From positions 96,988-160,987 of the forward strand of contig JAZJYJ010000005.1 in assembly GCA_040390405.1 (NCBI GenBank): a stretch of 64,000 bases of DNA. Reading direction: 5' to 3'. Both the position numbers and the translations under genes were made by a program. The notes beneath the pieces are model-generated. The model made no database searches, was not told the origin of the DNA, and saw only the letters and a program-made list of their open reading frames with translations. Every line of letters starts with the position of its first letter. The first letter of the stretch is position 1. Source of the stretch: Bacteroidota bacterium. GTDB taxonomy: Bacteria > Bacteroidota > Bacteroidia > Chitinophagales > Chitinophagaceae. Shown one piece after another: positions 1 through 9,511 of the stretch.

Positions 1-266
1 TCCAGTTGGTGCAGCAAAGGTTCTCCACCCGTGATCACCGCTAACCTGCCGGGATATTTTTTGGCTTCAGCAACGATCGCGTTAATAGAAATTTGGGGAT
101 GTTTAGAGGCATCCCAGCTTTCTTTCACATCACACCATACACAGCCCACATCACAGCCGCCCAGCCTGATAAAATAGGCCGCGCGCCCCTGGTGAAAGCC
201 TTCTCCCTGTAAGGTATAGAAAGCTTCCATTACCGGCAATGAGGTAGTTGTAAGTGTAGCGTTCAT
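1..266 (-). CDS. queE: 7-carboxy-7-deazaguanine synthase QueE, radical SAM (5' part; runs off the window start)
   Basis: Manual translation from ATG 266: MNATLTTTSLPVMEAFYTLQGEGFHQGRAAYFIRLGGCDVGCVWCDVKESW...VITGGEPL. Has the QGEG motif, CxxxCxxC and TGGEP. Not in the ORF track. Confidence 0.93.
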   Translation of the reverse strand, partial: MNATLTTTSLPVMEAFYTLQGEGFHQGRAAYFIRLGGCDVGCVWCDVKESWDASKHPQISINAIVAEAKKYPGRLAVITGGEPLLHQL

Positions 267-456
267 GGAATGTAAAGATAGAATTTGAAAATTTGTGAAT
301 TTGAAAATTTGAAAATGAATGCCTTGGTGGGTTATATGCCTATTTTCAAGTTCCCCTCATTTTGATGAAGAGCCCTTACCGACAATGATGTAGTTGTAAG
401 TATGGCCTGATAAAATGTAAAGATAAAATTTGAAAATTTGTGAATTTAAAAATGAA
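230..456. repeat. Degenerate direct duplication of the queE 5' end and promoter (230-319 and 376-456)
   Basis: ttaccggcaatgaggtagttgtaagt...tgtaaagatagaatttgaaaatttgtgaattt versus ttaccgacaatgatgtagttgtaagt...tgtaaagataaaatttgaaaatttgtgaattt. Confidence 0.85.
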
Positions 457-512
457 CGGCGTAATGAATTGCACAGCATTTTCAAATTAGCACATTTTCA
501 CATTTTCAAATT
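282..512. repeat. 8-nt periodic repeat (TTTGAAAA) arms with an inverted arm at 477-512
   Basis: tttgaaaa tttgtgaa tttgaaaa tttgaaaa (282-317), then cattttcaaattagcacattttcacattttcaaatt (477-512), which overlaps the folD stop. Confidence 0.75.
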
Positions 513-1382
513 GTTTTCCTCATAGGCCTGTAACGTATTTTTCAACAACCCTGCAATCGTCATTAAACCAACACCACCAGGTACGGGTGTAATGGCAGAA
601 GCCCGTTCGGCTACTTCCGCAAAAGCAACATCGCCTTTGATGCGGAACCCCTTTTTTGCACTGGCATCTTCAACGCGGGTAATACCCACATCAATTACCA
701 CGGCACCGGGTTTTACCATATCGGCTTTTACAAATTCAGGACGGCCCAATGCCGCTACAATGATATCGCCCTGTAAACAGATCTCTTTGAGATTGGGTGT
801 ATGCGAATGACAAATGGTAACGGTGCAATTCCCTCTTTTCTGGTTACTGCTTAACAGAATACTCATTGGGCGGCCTACAATATTACTGCGGCCGATGACC
901 ACGGCATGTTTGCCCTTTGTTTCAATATTAAAATGTTCCAGCATCAGCATAATACCGTAAGGTGTTGCGGGTATAAAACTTGGCAATCCCTGGACCAGTT
1001 TACCGGCACTGCTCGGATGAAATCCGTCTACGTCCTTTAATGGATTGATGGCCTCAATTACTTTCTGCTCACTGATTTGTTTAGGCAGGGGCAACTGAAC
1101 TAAAATGCCATCTATTTCAGGATCCAGGTTTAATGATTCGATGGCAGCAAGTAATACAGATTCTTCCACGCCGCTGTCGAGCCTGATGAGGGTGGAGCCG
1201 AAACCCACTTCTTCACAATTCTTCACCTTACTGGCCACATAGGTTTCACTGGCTCCATTGGTGCCTACCAGGATAGCTGCCAGGTGCGGTGCTCTTTTAC
1301 CTGCCGATAATAATAGGGAAGTGGCGGCCTTTATGTCTTGTTTAACCGCTGCGGAAGCGATTTTTCCATCAAGTAGTAACAT
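498..1382 (-). CDS. folD: Bifunctional methylenetetrahydrofolate dehydrogenase/cyclohydrolase FolD
   Basis: KDVDGFHP, PATPYG, GRSNIVGRP and TPVPGGVG motifs. ATG 1382 preferred over TTG 1391. Confidence 0.97.
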   Translation of the reverse strand: MLLLDGKIASAAVKQDIKAATSLLLSAGKRAPHLAAILVGTNGASETYVASKVKNCEEVGFGSTLIRLDSGVEESVLLAAIESLNLDPEIDGILVQLPLPKQISEQKVIEAINPLKDVDGFHPSSAGKLVQGLPSFIPATPYGIMLMLEHFNIETKGKHAVVIGRSNIVGRPMSILLSSNQKRGNCTVTICHSHTPNLKEICLQGDIIVAALGRPEFVKADMVKPGAVVIDVGITRVEDASAKKGFRIKGDVAFAEVAERASAITPVPGGVGLMTIAGLLKNTLQAYEENNLKM

Positions 1383-1741
1383 AGGGCGCAAAAATATCTG
1401 AAATGAAGTTGCGCTCCCCTTTTTTTTAAGGCTTACCGCTTATAATATTTCTTTCCTAAAACTGCAGCAAAAAAAGAAACCCGGTTCAAAAAAATCAATA
1501 CAAAGTAGATAAATATATTTAATCATAATAAATTATGATTAATAGTGTATTAAACATGATAAAATAATAGTATTAACTAAATATTTAGAATATGCGCAGC
1601 ATTTTTCGCCTTTTCAAAGTCTATCGAGTGGTCGGAACGGGTTAACCGAATTTGTAAAATGTGTTGAATTAATTTTTTTTTAACATTTTGGCAGATTGGT
1701 TATATTCGTTCACTCAAAAGTTTATCCAAAAACTAAAAAAC

Positions 1742-4700
1742 ATGAAGAAAATTGTATCCACCCTCTTTGTGGCTATGCTATGCTTTGTCGTAGGTGCCAC
1801 AGCCCAGGTAAAAACAGTTACCGGTAGGGTTACGGATGAAAAAGGAGATGCCGTTCCTTTTGCATCTGTCGTTATCAAAGGCAAAGGTACCGCCCGCTCA
1901 GGTACATCAGCCGATGCCGCAGGCAGTTTTTCCCTTAAAGTAAAAAAAGGTGATGTTCTGGAGGTTTCCGCTGTTGGATTCCAGTTACAGACATTAACCT
2001 ATGCCGATCAGGCTACTTTAGGGTTCTCTCTGAAAGCAGGTGATAATACACTCCTGAAGGAAGTGGTAATCACTACGGCTTTCGAAACCAAAAGAAGTTC
2101 AAGAAGCAGTAGTATCAACGCTCAGACAGTTAGTGCTGACCAGTTAACCACTGTACGTGCACTGAACGTAAATAATGCCCTTGCCGGTAAAGTAGCCGGT
2201 ATCCAGGTACAAAGCCAGGCCGCAGGTAAACTGGGTGCTGAAACGGCTATTCGTATCAGGGGAGAAAACGGAATCACCGGACCTTCTACCGCATTGTATG
2301 TAGTAAATGGTACGCAAATGCCATCTGCGGGTGATATCAACCCCGATGATATCGAGAACATCACCGTTTTGGAAGGACCTAACGCCGCCGCTCTTTTCGG
2401 ACCGGCCGGTTCAAATGGTGCCATCGTTATTACCACCAAGAAAGCAAGAAAAGGTGAAAAAGGAATTGGTGTTACCGTTAATACCGGTGCTACCATGGAC
2501 AAGGTTTACAAATTACCCCGTTACCAGAATTCATACGCAGGTGGTACAAGCCCCGACGCTTACACTTTTGCTTATGCAGCAGGCATGCCAACCGATTGGC
2601 AGTCGCTGAATGGAAAAACATGGTATGATCTGACTGATGATGCCAGCTGGGGTCCTGCTATCAAAGGACAGGAATACATTCCTTGGTATGCCTGGTATCC
2701 CGGTACAAAATATACCGGAAAAACAACCACTATGGTTGCCCAGCCAAACAATGCCCGTCAGTTCTACCAGACAGGTCTTTCACTTAATAACAACGTAAGT
2801 TTTTCCAAAGCAACAGATAATGTTTCTACAAGAATTTCTTATTCTAATATTAACCAGAAAGGTACCATCCCCACTTCTTCACTGGATAAGCACACGCTTA
2901 CCAGCACTACTACCATCGATCTGAACCCACATTTGGTGTTAGGTCTTAACCTGAACTATGTAACACAGACCGTTCACGGTGAATTCAACGATGGTTATTC
3001 AAACTTCTCTTCAGGTAGCTTTAACTCATGGTTCCACAGAGAGTTGAATTTTGATATCATGAAGGAAATGGCTGATGTACGCTCTCCTTATGGCGCCCTG
3101 GCCAGCTGGAACCACTCAAATCCAAGCAGCTATAACCCAGCCGGAAGTGATGCAAGCAAAGCCAACTGGTACAAAGGAAACTACTGGTACAATCCTTTCT
3201 CTTATTTCAACAACGTTAATAACGTAAACAGAAAAGACCGTTTATATGGTGACCTTTCTCTTACTTATAAAGTTAACAGCGATTTGAAAGTTAGGTTTAC
3301 CTACCGTAAAAACCAGAATACTACTTACACAGAAAACATAACAAATTCTCTGCTGGAACAGAGTGGAACACAAACTGGTTTGAAAGCTAGTTATTCTACC
3401 CAGAACTCTTTCTCTAACAGGGAAAACTTTGAAGGATTGGTTTCTTATGCCAAAAAAATCAAAGATTTTGATGTATCGGCCAACGTTGGTTTCGATATCT
3501 TCCGCGCATATTCTAACCAGGTGGCTGCCAATACCAATGGTGGTTTGAACGTAGACAACCTGTATGCATTGAACAACTCTAAAAATGCGATCTCTTATTC
3601 AAACGCCAGGACTGCGGATAAATACCGTGCCGGTTTCGTTTCTGGTAATATCGGTTACAAGAACCTGTTGTTTGCCGACTTTACTGTACGTAAAGACTAC
3701 TATTCTGAATTACCCGCTAACAAGAACGGAATCCTGATCAAATCATTCGGAGCAAGCTTTGTATTCAGTGACCTGATCAAAAATTCAGTTCCTTTCCTTT
3801 CTTTCGGAAAACTGAGAGGTTCATGGGGTGAGGTTCCTGCAGGTTTGAATGCATATGATTACCCAGGATTCAACTATACCATCAACGCAAACCAGTATAA
3901 CAACAACTTCCTGATGACCACGCCAAATGCGATTGTGGATCCATCTATCCAGGGTGCTGTAAATACGGCAAGGGAAATTGGTCTTGACCTGAAATTCATC
4001 AAAAACAGGGTTGGATTGAATGTTACCTATTGGGATCAAACTTCCAAAGGCTTCCCGATCTCTACCTCTATTACACCAACTACCGGATTCAGCGGTTACC
4101 TGACCAATGTGGGTGAAGTTTCCAAAACCGGTGTGGATGTAAGCCTGAACGGTAAACCTGTTTGGAACAAAGATTTCCAGTGGGATATCAATGTGAACTT
4201 CAGCCGTACCATTAAAGACCAGATCGTAAGCCTGGGTGATCCTTCCGTAACACAGTTGAACTATTCTAATGGTTCTTTTGGAGGTACTTATGTTCCAAGA
4301 GTGGTACAGGCGGTAGGTCAGAGATGGGGTCAGTTATATGGTAACAAAACCCTGATGCTGAATGGTCAGCCGGTACTTACTTCAGCTGGTTTGTATCAGC
4401 GTGACCCAACACCTGGTTATATGGGTAGCGTATTACCTGATTATACCGGTGGTGTTCAGAACACGTTCTCTTATAAAAACTTCACGTTGAGCATTAACAT
4501 CGACTTCCAGAAAGGCGGAAAATTTGCTTCTCTGACTGATACATGGGGTACTTACTCTGGTTTAACAGAGAGAACCGCTGCTATTAACGACAAGGGCATG
4601 AATGTTCGTGATGATGTTGCCGCCGGTGGTGGTGTACATGTATCAGGTGTTGACGCAACAGGAAAACCAGTAAACTATTATGTTGCTGCTTACGATTATT

Positions 4701-4984
4701 TCCACCAGACTGTAGATGTAAGCCAGATCCAGGATCGTAATATCTATGACCTGACTTTTATCAAACTGCGTGAGGTGAGCCTCGGTTATAACATTAATGT
4801 TAAAAAGCTAAAACTGGATAAAGTATTGCAGAATGCACGTTTATCACTGTTTGCCACCAATTACTGGCTGATCTATTCTCAGACAAAAGATTTCGATCCT
4901 TCTGAGATCAGCAATTCATATGGTGAAAACGCACAGTATCCAGGTACAAGGTCATTAGGCATTAACCTGAAAGTTGGTTTCTAA
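1742..4984 (+). CDS. susC: SusC/RagA-family TonB-dependent outer-membrane transporter
   Basis: Signal peptide, N-terminal CarboxypepD-like domain, plug (NALAGKVAG, DINPDDIENITVLEG, GSNGAIVITTK) and C-terminal YPGTRSLGINLKVGF. ATG 1742 preferred. Confidence 0.96.
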   Translation: MKKIVSTLFVAMLCFVVGATAQVKTVTGRVTDEKGDAVPFASVVIKGKGTARSGTSADAAGSFSLKVKKGDVLEVSAVGFQLQTLTYADQATLGFSLKAGDNTLLKEVVITTAFETKRSSRSSSINAQTVSADQLTTVRALNVNNALAGKVAGIQVQSQAAGKLGAETAIRIRGENGITGPSTALYVVNGTQMPSAGDINPDDIENITVLEGPNAAALFGPAGSNGAIVITTKKARKGEKGIGVTVNTGATMDKVYKLPRYQNSYAGGTSPDAYTFAYAAGMPTDWQSLNGKTWYDLTDDASWGPAIKGQEYIPWYAWYPGTKYTGKTTTMVAQPNNARQFYQTGLSLNNNVSFSKATDNVSTRISYSNINQKGTIPTSSLDKHTLTSTTTIDLNPHLVLGLNLNYVTQTVHGEFNDGYSNFSSGSFNSWFHRELNFDIMKEMADVRSPYGALASWNHSNPSSYNPAGSDASKANWYKGNYWYNPFSYFNNVNNVNRKDRLYGDLSLTYKVNSDLKVRFTYRKNQNTTYTENITNSLLEQSGTQTGLKASYSTQNSFSNRENFEGLVSYAKKIKDFDVSANVGFDIFRAYSNQVAANTNGGLNVDNLYALNNSKNAISYSNARTADKYRAGFVSGNIGYKNLLFADFTVRKDYYSELPANKNGILIKSFGASFVFSDLIKNSVPFLSFGKLRGSWGEVPAGLNAYDYPGFNYTINANQYNNNFLMTTPNAIVDPSIQGAVNTAREIGLDLKFIKNRVGLNVTYWDQTSKGFPISTSITPTTGFSGYLTNVGEVSKTGVDVSLNGKPVWNKDFQWDINVNFSRTIKDQIVSLGDPSVTQLNYSNGSFGGTYVPRVVQAVGQRWGQLYGNKTLMLNGQPVLTSAGLYQRDPTPGYMGSVLPDYTGGVQNTFSYKNFTLSINIDFQKGGKFASLTDTWGTYSGLTERTAAINDKGMNVRDDVAAGGGVHVSGVDATGKPVNYYVAAYDYFHQTVDVSQIQDRNIYDLTFIKLREVSLGYNINVKKLKLDKVLQNARLSLFATNYWLIYSQTKDFDPSEISNSYGENAQYPGTRSLGINLKVGF

Positions 4985-5012
4985 TATTTCTTTAGCTCTA
5001 AAAATTCTGAAA

Positions 5013-6488
5013 ATGAAACAATTATTTAAAATAAGTTCTGTTGCAGCGGCCCTGGCTACCATTACGCTAGTAGGTTCCGGATGTAACAAGATCAAAGACT
5101 TTGGCACAACCAACGTTAACCCGGGTGGAACAGCTACCCCGGTTACGGCTGCCTTGTTAACAAACGTAGAGGGAAACCTGGGTGGTTATGCCAGTTCCAT
5201 ACAGCCTGGTCAGTATGCCCAGTATTTTTCTGAAACACAATACCCGAGTACTTCGCTGTACGCGGCACCCGTATTGTCTTTCTCCGGTATTTACTCGGCC
5301 GATCTGTATGATCTGCAGAATATCATTAAGCAGAATACAGACGCTGCTACAAAAGGCGGTACCATCAATAATGGTTCGAACAGCAACCAGATTGCGGTGG
5401 CAAGAATCCTGAAAGCCTATATTTTCTGGACAATTACCGACCGCTGGGGAGATATCCCTTATTCAGATGCTTTGAAAGGCACTTCCGTACTGTTGCCTAA
5501 ATATGACAAGCAATCTGATATCTATGTTGACCTGATCAAGGAACTGAAAGAATCAGTTGCTCAGTTCGATAACGGCCCCATCTGTAAAGGTGATGTATTG
5601 ATGAATTTTTCCAACTCAACCAGCATTACATCTGCTGCATGGAGTACCAAATGGAAAAAATTCGCCAATTCTCTCCGTATGGTGATTGCACTGCGCGCGA
5701 GCAAAGTGTATCCTAGTGCAGGACAGTGGTCTGCTACCGAGTTCTCAGCCGCTTTGGCTGATGGAGGTGGATATATCAGCGCCAATACAGAAAACGTAGC
5801 GCTTACCTATGCAAGTACTACGTTCGCCAATCCTTTCTACGCTAACTATGTTACCAGCGCAAGGGTGGATAACGCTGAAAGTAAAACAATGACGGATTTA
5901 CTGTCTGCGAACAACGATCCGCGTCTCGCTTCTTATGGAACTACACCTAATGGCTTCCCTTATGGTCTTGACCGTGTGCATGCTACACAGATTACCACAG
6001 GGATCGCTTATATCCTGAAAGGTGCCGGTACAGGTGCTACAGATCCGATCAACCTGCTGACAGCTTCCGTGGTTACTTTAGCCCGTGCTGAAGCAGCAGA
6101 AAGAGGATGGACCACAGAAGTGGCCGCCGCATTGTATGCTCAGGCAGTTACCCTGTCTTTTGCGCAATACGGTTATACTGCTGCCCAGGCAACTACCTAC
6201 CTTGCCCAGGCAAGTGTTCTCTACGGTACCAACAATATCCAGAAAATAGCTACCCAACGTTGGTTAGCCCTTTACCCGGATGGTACCCAGGCTTGGGCTG
6301 AATGGAGAAGAACCGGTTTCCCTGTTCTCGTTCCATCTGCTTATGCACAAAACACAGGTGGTCAGATACCACGTAGGTACATATATGGTACAGACGAATA
6401 CTCGCTTAACAAAGCAAATGTGACTTCTGCTGCAGGTCTGATGACCGGAGGTGATGTTCAGGATTCTAAAATCTGGTGGGATAAATAA
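5013..6488 (+). CDS. susD: SusD/RagB-family surface lipoprotein
   Basis: Lipobox LVGSGC, TDRWGDIPYSDAL, QKIATQRW...QAWAEWRRTGFP and IPRR. Directly downstream of susC. Confidence 0.95.
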   Translation: MKQLFKISSVAAALATITLVGSGCNKIKDFGTTNVNPGGTATPVTAALLTNVEGNLGGYASSIQPGQYAQYFSETQYPSTSLYAAPVLSFSGIYSADLYDLQNIIKQNTDAATKGGTINNGSNSNQIAVARILKAYIFWTITDRWGDIPYSDALKGTSVLLPKYDKQSDIYVDLIKELKESVAQFDNGPICKGDVLMNFSNSTSITSAAWSTKWKKFANSLRMVIALRASKVYPSAGQWSATEFSAALADGGGYISANTENVALTYASTTFANPFYANYVTSARVDNAESKTMTDLLSANNDPRLASYGTTPNGFPYGLDRVHATQITTGIAYILKGAGTGATDPINLLTASVVTLARAEAAERGWTTEVAAALYAQAVTLSFAQYGYTAAQATTYLAQASVLYGTNNIQKIATQRWLALYPDGTQAWAEWRRTGFPVLVPSAYAQNTGGQIPRRYIYGTDEYSLNKANVTSAAGLMTGGDVQDSKIWWDK

Positions 6489-6506
6489 TCTCGCTCATGC
6501 TTATAT

Positions 6507-6538
6507 AAAAAACCCGCAATTCTATTGCGGGTTTTTTT
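6507..6538 (+). terminator. Rho-independent terminator after susD
   Basis: aaaaaacccgcaat tct attgcgggttttttt. Confidence 0.9.
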
Positions 6539-6582
6539 ATGTGATTGAACGGCTATTCGCAAATCAACTGATAACTATTGGA

Positions 6583-6590
6583 TACATTTG
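6583..6590 (+). promoter_or_regulatory. Bacteroidota sigma-A -7 box (TACATTTG)
   Basis: Matches TAnnTTTG, 18 nt upstream of ATG 6609. Confidence 0.65.
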
Positions 6591-6608
6591 CTATTCTAAA
6601 AAGAAGAT

Positions 6609-6917
6609 ATGGAACAACAACCCAACGCGCAGTTGAATATTGAAATCAGTGAAGAAACAGCCGAAGGCAGTTATGCCAACCTGGCCATTATTACCCATAG
6701 CGATGCCGAATTCGTGATCGATTTTGTAAATGTGATGCCCGGTACTCCCAAAAGCAAAGTAAAATCAAGGATCATTTTTACACCTATGCATGCCAAACGT
6801 TTTATGAAAGCGCTGGAAGAAAATATTGAACGCTATGAAGCCGCCAATGGCGCCATCAAGGATCTGGAACATATTGAAATACCTATGAATTTCGGTGGGC
6901 CAACCGCGCAGGCGTAA
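6609..6917 (+). CDS. DUF3467 domain protein
   Basis: EGSYANLAIITHSDAEFVIDF...VKSRIIFTPMHAKRF, typical of DUF3467. Confidence 0.88.
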   Translation: MEQQPNAQLNIEISEETAEGSYANLAIITHSDAEFVIDFVNVMPGTPKSKVKSRIIFTPMHAKRFMKALEENIERYEAANGAIKDLEHIEIPMNFGGPTAQA

Positions 6918-6919
6918 GT

Positions 6920-6985
6920 AATTAGAAATTAATAATTAGCAATTAGAAATATACTCCCCAGTTTTTAATTACTAATCGCTAATTA
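6920..6985. repeat. 7-nt periodic inverted repeat (AATTAG[ACT] arms)
   Basis: aattaga aattaat aattagc aattaga, a spacer, then taattactaatcgctaatta. Lies between convergent genes. Confidence 0.75.
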
Positions 6986-7675
6986 TCATAAAAGTCCTTC
7001 ATCCGCGAAGCTGAAATAGCCTTCGCTGCTTACGATAATGTGATCCGTTACAAGGATATCGAGCAGGCTTGCGGCCTGCCTTATTTTTTGGGTAATGGCT
7101 TCATCGGCACGGCTGGGCCTTGTATTGCCGCCCGGATGGTTGTGGCAAAGAATGATGGCCGTAGCATTGTATTCCAAGGCCTTTTTAAGAATGATACGCG
7201 GATCGGCAACCGTTCCGGTTAATCCGCCTTCGCTGATGATTTCCAGGTGTTTTATTTTGTTTCCCCGGTTGAGAAACACTACGGCAAATACTTCTTTTTG
7301 CCTGAATTCGAGCCGGGCGCGGAGATAGTTGGCAATATCTCCGCTTTTCAGAACAACCTCTTTTTTTCTGCCCAATGCATTCCTTCTAATACCCAATTCC
7401 ATGGCAGCAATGATACTGATGGCTTTTGCTTCGCCTATTCCCTTAATACCGCGGTTGGTCAGTTCTTTTACACCCAGCATAGCCAGCTCGCCCAGATCGT
7501 TGCCTGTGCTTTGCAGTAAGGCTTTGGCCAGGTCCAGTGCCGATTGATCTCCGTGGCCATTGTTGATAAGGATGGCCAGCAATTCCGCATTGCTTAAAGA
7601 ATTGGCACCGTTGTGAAATAACTTTTTCCGCGGCTGGTCGTCTTCAGCCCATTCCTTGATAGAAAATTTGTACAT
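6986..7675 (-). CDS. radC: RadC / JAB-domain (UPF0758) protein
   Basis: N-terminal LSNAELLAILI, HhH GIGEAKA, and JAB motif HNHPGG...PSRAD...DHII. Confidence 0.95.
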   Translation of the reverse strand: MYKFSIKEWAEDDQPRKKLFHNGANSLSNAELLAILINNGHGDQSALDLAKALLQSTGNDLGELAMLGVKELTNRGIKGIGEAKAISIIAAMELGIRRNALGRKKEVVLKSGDIANYLRARLEFRQKEVFAVVFLNRGNKIKHLEIISEGGLTGTVADPRIILKKALEYNATAIILCHNHPGGNTRPSRADEAITQKIRQAASLLDILVTDHIIVSSEGYFSFADEGLL

Positions 7676-7749
7676 ACTGAAAATTTGTGCAAAATCAAAT
7701 TACAATTTCTTAACCTAATCTCTATCTTCGCCGCACATTCCTCTCTTAT

Positions 7750-8706
7750 ATGAACCCATCCGTCAAGATATTCTCCGGCACCGGTTCGCAGAAGCTGGCA
7801 GAAAAAATTGCGCAACGTTTTGGCGCCCCTATCGGTAAGATCAATATCCAGAAATTCAGTGATGGAGAGTTTCAGCCCATCTTCCTGGAAAGTATCCGCG
7901 GCGATTATGTTTTTTTAGTACAAAGCACGTACGCCCCCACGGATAACCTGATGGAATTGTTACTGATGATCGATGCCGCTAAACGCGCCAGTGCCCATAA
8001 GATCATCGCTGTTATTCCGTATTATGGTTTTGCGCGGCAGGACAGAAAAGACAAACCCCGCGTAGCCATCGGCGCCAAACTGATCGCTACTTTGCTGCAG
8101 GCTGCCGGAGCCGACAGGGTGATCACAATGGACCTTCACGCACCGCAGATACAAGCTTTCTTTGATGTACCGGTGGATCACCTCGATAGCTCAGCTATTT
8201 TTATTCCTTATATCGAGCAGCTTCGTTTAACTAATTTGTCTTTTGCGGCCCCGGATGTAGGCAGTACCAACCGGGTTCGGGAAATCGCCAGTTATTTCAA
8301 TGCAGAAATGGTGATCTGCGACAAACACCGCAAACGCGCCAATGAAATCGCGAGCATGGTGGTAATCGGGGAGGTAAAGGATAAAGACATTATCCTGGTA
8401 GATGATATCTGCGATACAGGTGGTACCCTCGCGAAAGCTGCCGGACTATTAAAGGAAAAAGGCGCCCGCAGCGTTCGGGCATTGATCACGCACCCGGTAT
8501 TAAGTGGTAAGGCCTACGAGAATATTGAAAATAGTGTGTTGGAAGAACTCGTGGTTTGCGATACCATTCCCTTAAAACACGAAAGCCCCAAAATAAAAGT
8601 GATCTCCGTGGCCGATCTCTTTGCCATCGCCATCAGGAACGCGTATGAAAACAAGAGTATTACGAGCCTGTTTATTCATTCCCAGCTTCGCGGGAGGGAT
8701 AAATAA
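7750..8706 (+). CDS. prs: Ribose-phosphate pyrophosphokinase
   Basis: FSDGE, PYYGFARQDRK, DLHAPQIQ and VDDICDTGGT. Confidence 0.98.
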   Translation: MNPSVKIFSGTGSQKLAEKIAQRFGAPIGKINIQKFSDGEFQPIFLESIRGDYVFLVQSTYAPTDNLMELLLMIDAAKRASAHKIIAVIPYYGFARQDRKDKPRVAIGAKLIATLLQAAGADRVITMDLHAPQIQAFFDVPVDHLDSSAIFIPYIEQLRLTNLSFAAPDVGSTNRVREIASYFNAEMVICDKHRKRANEIASMVVIGEVKDKDIILVDDICDTGGTLAKAAGLLKEKGARSVRALITHPVLSGKAYENIENSVLEELVVCDTIPLKHESPKIKVISVADLFAIAIRNAYENKSITSLFIHSQLRGRDK

Positions 8707-8825
8707 ATTAGTAATTAGTAATTAATAATTAGTAATTGACTGGTTTTTAATGGGTTGGATGAGTGCGCTGGGGGTAACAAGGGCTTTTTAAGCAATTACT
8801 AATTACTAATTATTAATTGCTAATT
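8706..8825. repeat. 7-nt periodic inverted repeat (AGTAATT arms)
   Basis: Left arm aattagtaattagtaattaataattagtaattg (8706-8738); right arm caattactaattactaattattaattgctaatt (8793-8825). Confidence 0.88.
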
Positions 8826-8841
8826 AATAATCCCCATTCCC

Positions 8842-8849
8842 TACCTTTG
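8842..8849 (+). promoter_or_regulatory. sigma-A -7 box for rplY (TACCTTTG)
   Basis: TAnnTTTG match 19 nt before the ATG. Confidence 0.7.
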
Positions 8850-8868
8850 CCGTCCAAAAAATAATAAC

Positions 8869-9459
8869 ATGAAAACAATTACAATCGAAGGTCACCTGAG
8901 GACCGAGCATGGCAAAAAAGCCGCCCGCCAGATTCGCTCTCAGGAAAATGTGCCGGGTGTAATTTACGGGGGTGCCGAAGAGGTTAATTTTTACGCTTCT
9001 GCGAAGGCTTTCAAGCCTTTGGTGTACACTGGTGAATTTCAGTTGGCCGAAGTAACGGTAGACGGTAAAAAGTACAAATGCATTTTGAAAGATCTGCAGT
9101 TTGACAAAGTACAGGACAACCTGATCCACGTAGATTTGCTGGAACTGGTTAACGACAAAAAAGTGGTTGCTACCCTGCCTATCAAATTCACAGGAACTTC
9201 TGTGGGTGTAAAAGGTGGTGGTAAACTGATCACCAAGATCAAATCTCTGAAAGTAAAAGCATTGCCTAAAGACTTAAGAGAAACCATTGCCGTAGACATT
9301 ACCAATCTTGATCTGAACGGAAACATCCGTGTTGAAGATGTAAAGATCGATGGAATGGAAATCCTGAACTCGCCACGTATTCCTATCGCATCTGTTGTGT
9401 TAACACGTCAGCTGAAACAGGAAGAAGCAACCGCAGGAAAAGAAGAGAAAAAGAAATAA
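8869..9459 (+). CDS. rplY: 50S ribosomal protein L25/CTC (long form)
   Basis: GKKAARQIR...VPGVIYGG and LQFDKV...LIHVDLL, plus a C-terminal CTC domain. Follows prs. Confidence 0.96.
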   Translation: MKTITIEGHLRTEHGKKAARQIRSQENVPGVIYGGAEEVNFYASAKAFKPLVYTGEFQLAEVTVDGKKYKCILKDLQFDKVQDNLIHVDLLELVNDKKVVATLPIKFTGTSVGVKGGGKLITKIKSLKVKALPKDLRETIAVDITNLDLNGNIRVEDVKIDGMEILNSPRIPIASVVLTRQLKQEEATAGKEEKKK

Positions 9460-9477
9460 TCTCTCAATACATTTTAC

Positions 9478-9505
9478 AAGCCCGGTACATTGTGCCGGGC
9501 TTTTT
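9478..9505 (+). terminator. Terminator after rplY (probably bidirectional)
   Basis: aagcccggtac att gtgccgggc ttttt. Confidence 0.8.
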
Positions 9506-9511
9506 CATTTG

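Noticed and set aside
1392-1741. Riboswitch upstream of susC
   Set aside because: Very AT-rich, with no TPP, cobalamin or other aptamer consensus that I could recognise.
6986-7675. radC as a mobile-element or anti-restriction marker
   Set aside because: It is the full-length HhH+JAB chromosomal form beside prs, not the short JAB-only form of ICEs.
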